A stretch of 64,000 bases of DNA from assembly GCA_028534125.1 (NCBI GenBank), contig CM052834.1, positions 2,480,001 to 2,544,000 on the forward strand, in the 5' to 3' direction. The first letter of the stretch is position 1, and each line of letters starts with the position of its first letter. Source of the stretch: Lama glama (taxonomy: Eukaryota). The position numbers and the translations under genes were made by a program. The notes below the pieces were generated by a model. It was not told the origin of the DNA and did not search any database. It was given only the letters and a program-made list of their open reading frames with translations. This document shows, in pieces, positions 59,566-64,000 of this stretch.

Positions 59566-60395
59566 CCACCGGTCCAACTTCTGTTTCTTGGAAGGAGGAA
59601 TAGATGGAGGAACATGTCTCCAAATCAGGGACGTGGGTGGAGAAGTGCATTTTCAGGAGACTGGGACAGACACCCTGATTGAGAGTGCGTATGACACTGC
59701 AGTACAGAAATACTGATGGTCAGTGCATGCAAAGGGTCCTGGGCCGCTTGTGACCTGAGAAGCCATGCGGTCACCTGCGTGGTTGGCGTGACCCCCTCCT
59801 GGTGCGCCTGGTGCCGGTGGCAGGATCCTCCCCCGAGTCCTGCGTCTCCAGCAGTCACGGTCACGTCGGGCCCCCAGGCTGAGGACACCTGCTCTGCAGG
59901 GCTGTTGGGCCCCTCCCCCAGCACTGGCCCCTGCCTTCCTGGGCCTTGGTGACGCGCTTTGCATAGAAGGGGCAGAATCTGCAGGGCTGCCTTGCGGATT
60001 TGCTCCTGCAGAAGAGGTCGGAGTTTTCCTGAAATGGAGCCGGACCCGAGCTCCCCTGAGCAGCTGGTGCCACAGGCCTGAAAGATTCCATCTCCAAGTA
60101 AAATCTTTTTTTTCTCTTGGCAGGGTTGGGGGTAACTTACTCCAAAGATGCAGAGCTGCCTGGTGGATGGGAGCGACACCTCTCCCTGTTACTTTTACCG
60201 TGTCTGTTTTGTGGGTACCCTGGAGGCAGCACCCTAAGCCTCTCCACTTTCAGTGTTACTTCTTCTGTTTCTTCTGACTCCTGTGTCAGCTGGTATCTCA
60301 AAACACACTTTTGAGAGCTTCGGGGAAGTGTCGAGCCGCGAAGCGCAGGCGTCTGCGTTCTGCTGTGTCCTCATCCCTTTCCCGCAACTGCCTGG

Positions 60396-60425
60396 TTTTT
60401 TTTTTGTTGTTGTTGTTGTTGTTTT
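60396..60425. repeat. T10-(GTT)5 simple repeat
   Basis: Read directly from the sequence. Confidence 0.95.
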
Positions 60426-60638
60426 TCTGTTGAATAAGCAAAAGCAAGAGCAAATGTATTCCTTGGGATGGGAGCTCATATGAAAATGCGTAGTAATTGT
60501 TTCTTTTTGCTGTTTCGTTCACTGAACTTTGCTCTCGTTTTCTGCCAACTCACATCTAACATACAGGCTCCTTTCCCGTTTGTCCTTATGAAGTGGTCTC
60601 TTTTACTCCTCCAGGTCTCGGTGCAGGGGGCGCTCGCC

Positions 60639-60691
60639 TGTGTGCGCGTGTGTATCTGTGTGTGTGTGTGTGTGTGTGCGCGCGCGCGTGC
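60639..60691. repeat. Compound (TG)n(CG)n microsatellite
   Basis: Uninterrupted purine-pyrimidine alternation over 60657-60691. Confidence 0.95.
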
Positions 60692-63609
60692 TGCAGAAGC
60701 GGGGTGGGAGGAGAGGAGGGAGAGCCAGCCAGGGTCTGCTTCAGAGGTGGGCCTCCCCCAGCCTAGACTTGATCGAAGAACTCACATTACTCCAGTCCTT
60801 CCTCTTTGGGGGCCTGAACTCAGAAGTAATCAATTCTGATTTATATCCAGGTTGGATTTAGTGTCACCCTGGCCCGAAGCTCCACCTTCTCCCACTCTGT
60901 TTGGGTGTATCTAACTGTCCGGTTCCTGAGGCAGGTGCTGAATTGGCGTTGGACTGGGCCCTTGACCGTGGGACCCTGAACAAACCTCCTGTCCGAGCAC
61001 CGTGTCCTTGACTGGGGGATTCAGGTCATGGGGGCGATAAGTCACACAGTCCCTCTCAGGTCCAGCATGGGCCCGCACTCTTCCTTCCTGCTCCTGCCCT
61101 GCCTCTCGGCCAGGGAGAGCATGGGGCAGCAGTGAGGTCGCAGGAGCTCGGGGCTGGAGGGGTTTGGGGTGTTGTGAGGTTCGGACTTCCACTGGAAAGG
61201 TGGGGGAACTGAGCTCAGAGGAGCGGGTCAACTTGCCCGAGGTTCTGGGAGCTGGCAGCGCGTGGCCGGTGTGCCGTGCTGTTCGGGGTCCGTCCGCCGT
61301 TCTGCCCAGGGGCTCACCTGTCCGTTAACTCCTAAGCATTAGTGGAGCCGCGCCTCCCTGGGTGTGGTGGTGGACGGACAGATGGCCCTTCTCCTGCCAT
61401 ATGCTCCGGCCTCTTCAAGTGTCAGGGGCAGGAGGGGCCGTGTGCCCTCGCCCGGGGCTGGGGAGATGCTCCTGTTGCTGAGCTGAAAACTTGCCCAGCC
61501 TCCACGTCCCTGCACCCCTCCCTGTTCTCACCCAGTCCATGCCTGGCAGTGATAACCGAGGACCTCTCTGCCGATGCTGAGCTCAACACCAGGGACACGC
61601 ACAGAGGGGTGTGAGGGGAGGTGCCTGCCCTGGGCAGCTAATGGGCCGAAGCACCACTGGCCAAGGCCAGCACTGGGGAGTGGGAGAAGGGTCTGATGAG
61701 TGGTCAGAGGGTCCGAGCCACTGAGGAGTGTAGGTGGGGTTCAGGGCGGGGCTGGCCAGCCTGGGGTGAGGAGGTGGGCGTCAGCAGGTACACGAAGGTC
61801 TTGGGTTGGATTAAGAAGTGGGGAAGGAGAAGACTTCTAGGGTGGGCAGGTGTGCAGGTGCACTGAGGGGCTGAGGGCTCGCGCCCAGGTGTGGGAAGGC
61901 CTCGCGCGGAGGAGTGGGAAGGCTCTGGGAGAACACGTTTTATTCTGGAGCCAGATCTCTGGTGCCAGTGATTGGGCAGGCACATGTCTGATTAGATTTG
62001 GCTCTTGTGCCCCAGTGACCGCAACAGTGTTTTGGCTCAGTGTTGTTGAGGACCTGGCTCTACCTGCCACTGGCACTTGCTCACCTGCCTGGGGATAGAA
62101 CAGGACCCCAGGGAGGCAGGCAACCTTCTGAGCCTCCCCGTCTGTGAGATGCCAGGTGGAAGGGGGCCCTTGGGGTCCAGGGAGAGGAGGCAGGGTGCCC
62201 CAGTCTTGCTTTGGATTCACCCGGGCCCCTTGTGGGTCACAGAGCCACTTCCAGCATCCCGCCTGCCCGCCTCAGCCTGCCTCCTCTTGAGCTGGCTTTC
62301 CACTTATCTTAATTTATTGATGAAAACTTGTTTTACGGTCCAGAGCACAGACAGCAGCAGTTCGCTGCCAAAAGAAGCATGCCCGCAAGTCCAGGAAGCA
62401 AGCTGCCTCCCGGAGATGGGCGGCTGGGGACCGGGCGGCGGAGGGAGTAATGCTCGTCTGGTGGGCCACCTTCTGGATGCAGGAGTGGGGCTGGGGGCTG
62501 GGGGCAGCCGGGCTCCGGGCTGGGCAGGACCCCCGCCCACTGCTGGCCCCTGGCTTACAGCTACTCTGCCCGCCCTCAGTCATCTGGATGGATGAGGACC
62601 GCGGGCCGTAAATGCTAATAACAATGCCCGCTTATGGCTTTGTGAAGGCGCCGTGCGGGGAAGTTTATTTTCCTGAATCTCATTCAGTCCCAACTGCAGC
62701 TCTGTGCATGTGGGAGGAACTGTGAATCTTCCATTTGAAAAACAACCACTGGAAAGTCGTTGTCCAAGACTCCCCCCCCCCCCCCGCCGGCTGGTGAACT
62801 TGAACCGAGGCCAGAGTGGTCCGCAGCCCTCCCCACCCAGACCTCACACTGGGCCTGTGTTGTTCTACGTCCAGGCAGCTTTTCCCGCCCGGTCTCGCTG
62901 GTCCAGTTGAGCAGGGGCCCGTCTCCTGCTCCTGTGCGGCGTGGCCAGCACGGTGCCCGGCTCAGGGCAGGTTCTGGGGCAGCTGCGGGGAGACTGGGCG
63001 GAAGGTGCCTGGAAGTCACCAACCAGGCCTCCTCATGGCTCCTCTCTAAGGGGTGGACCGTCTCAGAGTCGCTTCTGGGAGCTCCTCGGAGACGCCGTGC
63101 CCTGGTGGGTCAGAGAGGGTGTTCTCGTCCCACAGGGTGGTGACAGGCCTTTGCGGGGTCGGCCGCAGCGGCTTTTCTGTAAAGTGGGGTAGCGGCCCCT
63201 CAGGGAGCCGTTGGGACGGAGTGATGGGCTGCTCTACAAGCTCCTTTGTGGAAATAGAGGCCCCAAAAGAAGGCCCCCTGAGCTGCAAACTCGTTTATTC
63301 TGTTCCTTCCTGCTTCCTCGTGCAGAGGAATGGCCAACAATTGTCTCAGCGCTGGTAAAATCAGTGGAGTAGGTAGCCTGCCTGGGCTGGACTTCCCCCC
63401 GCCTCCTCCCGCTGGACACGCGTGCACCCCGGGTGCACCCCCAGCCACGTGTTCACCCCGCTGCGCCTTCCAGCGGGGCCTGGGCGGTGTCCTGGGTCCC
63501 TGCCCTCTCTCCCACCTCGCTCAACTCAGACTGGGCTAGAAAGTTGTGGAGAATGTTTAGTGAAGTGAAGTTGGTTTTTTTTTTTTTAAGGTCTGTACAA
63601 GGCACAGAA

Positions 63610-63825
63610 AAAGGCTTCAGTCATAGGATCTGCATTCACATTAAACTGGATTTAAATCCTAGGTCTGCCAGCTCCACATGTGAGCTCAGACGAGATGCTT
63701 AACCTCTGATCATAGTTTTCTGATTGGCAGAGTGGGAAGAAGTAATAGGAGCTACTTTTCAGGTTTTTGTGGAAAGGGGCTGACACCAGTCTTGGCGTGG
63801 CTTAGGGGTCAGTAAATGCTGGCTT
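63610..63825 (+). mobile_element. MIR SINE
   Basis: ctggatttaaatcctaggtctgcca...tgtgag...gcttaacctctga...agttttctgat...cagtaaatgctggct. Confidence 0.7.
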
Positions 63826-64000
63826 CCCCTTCAGCGTTCTTACCATCATCATCGTCACCGCCCCATCGGCACCGCCGCCACCCCAGCTCTCCCCGCCCTC
63901 CTCACCCACAAGCGGGCTCCCAGGCCACAGAGCAGAGGCCGCACTTCCGACCTCCGAGGTGGCGAGCCTTCCCTCTTCCAAGCGTGGATTTGTCCATGAC

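Larger units (their letters stand above)
8740..64000 (+). other. Large first-intron region(s) of the + strand gene, possibly containing microexons and alternative first exons
   Basis: Begins with GTAAGT. No convincing normal-sized coding exon was seen downstream. The region is rich in ancient repeats, and L1/L2 remnants are mostly antisense to the gene. Confidence 0.7.

Noticed and set aside
60124-60131. 8-nt microexon between ttggcAG and GTAACT
   Set aside because: Weak donor, frame-shifting length and no other support.
1-64000. Hundreds of 60-460 aa ORFs in the supplied track
   Set aside because: Many start at GTG/TTG (prokaryotic rules), overlap in all six frames, are Pro/Gly/Arg/Ala/Ser-rich and cross repeats. 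This is expected from stop-codon scarcity in GC-rich mammalian non-coding DNA.

Overview
Mammalian genomic DNA, not prokaryotic, so there are no operons, CRISPR arrays, or rRNA/tRNA genes. It is very GC-rich and most likely camelid: a Vic-1-like tRNA-derived SINE head lies at about 14.66 kb and an artiodactyl/camelid-type L1 3' end at about 17.2 kb. The window holds the 5' end of one + strand protein-coding gene that I cannot name. It has a CpG-island promoter (about 7.2-8.6 kb) and a first coding exon starting at a strong Kozak ATG at 8404 (MEKSSSEDSSIHRSPSLDSKDSDFAKPSTSGRPFGRGF...). The exon is interrupted by a 140-N gap and ends at a G|GTAAGT donor at 8739/8740. More than 55 kb of mostly intronic sequence follows, full of old MIR, L2, L1M, MER5 and L3 remnants. 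Nearly all entries in the ORF track are spurious GC-rich ORFs. I see no clear evidence of a new biological system. The best leads concern splicing and genome evolution: a second in-frame GTAAGT donor 102 nt downstream, an 18-nt microexon candidate (25448-25465), a MIR-derived 27-nt exon or recursive AG|GTAAGA site (39862-39888), a possible internal promoter near 60.1-60.7 kb, strong AT-to-GC drift in L1 remnants, Z-DNA tracts and several enhancer-like motif clusters. Repeat families were recognised by eye from remembered consensus sequences, so their boundaries are approximate.
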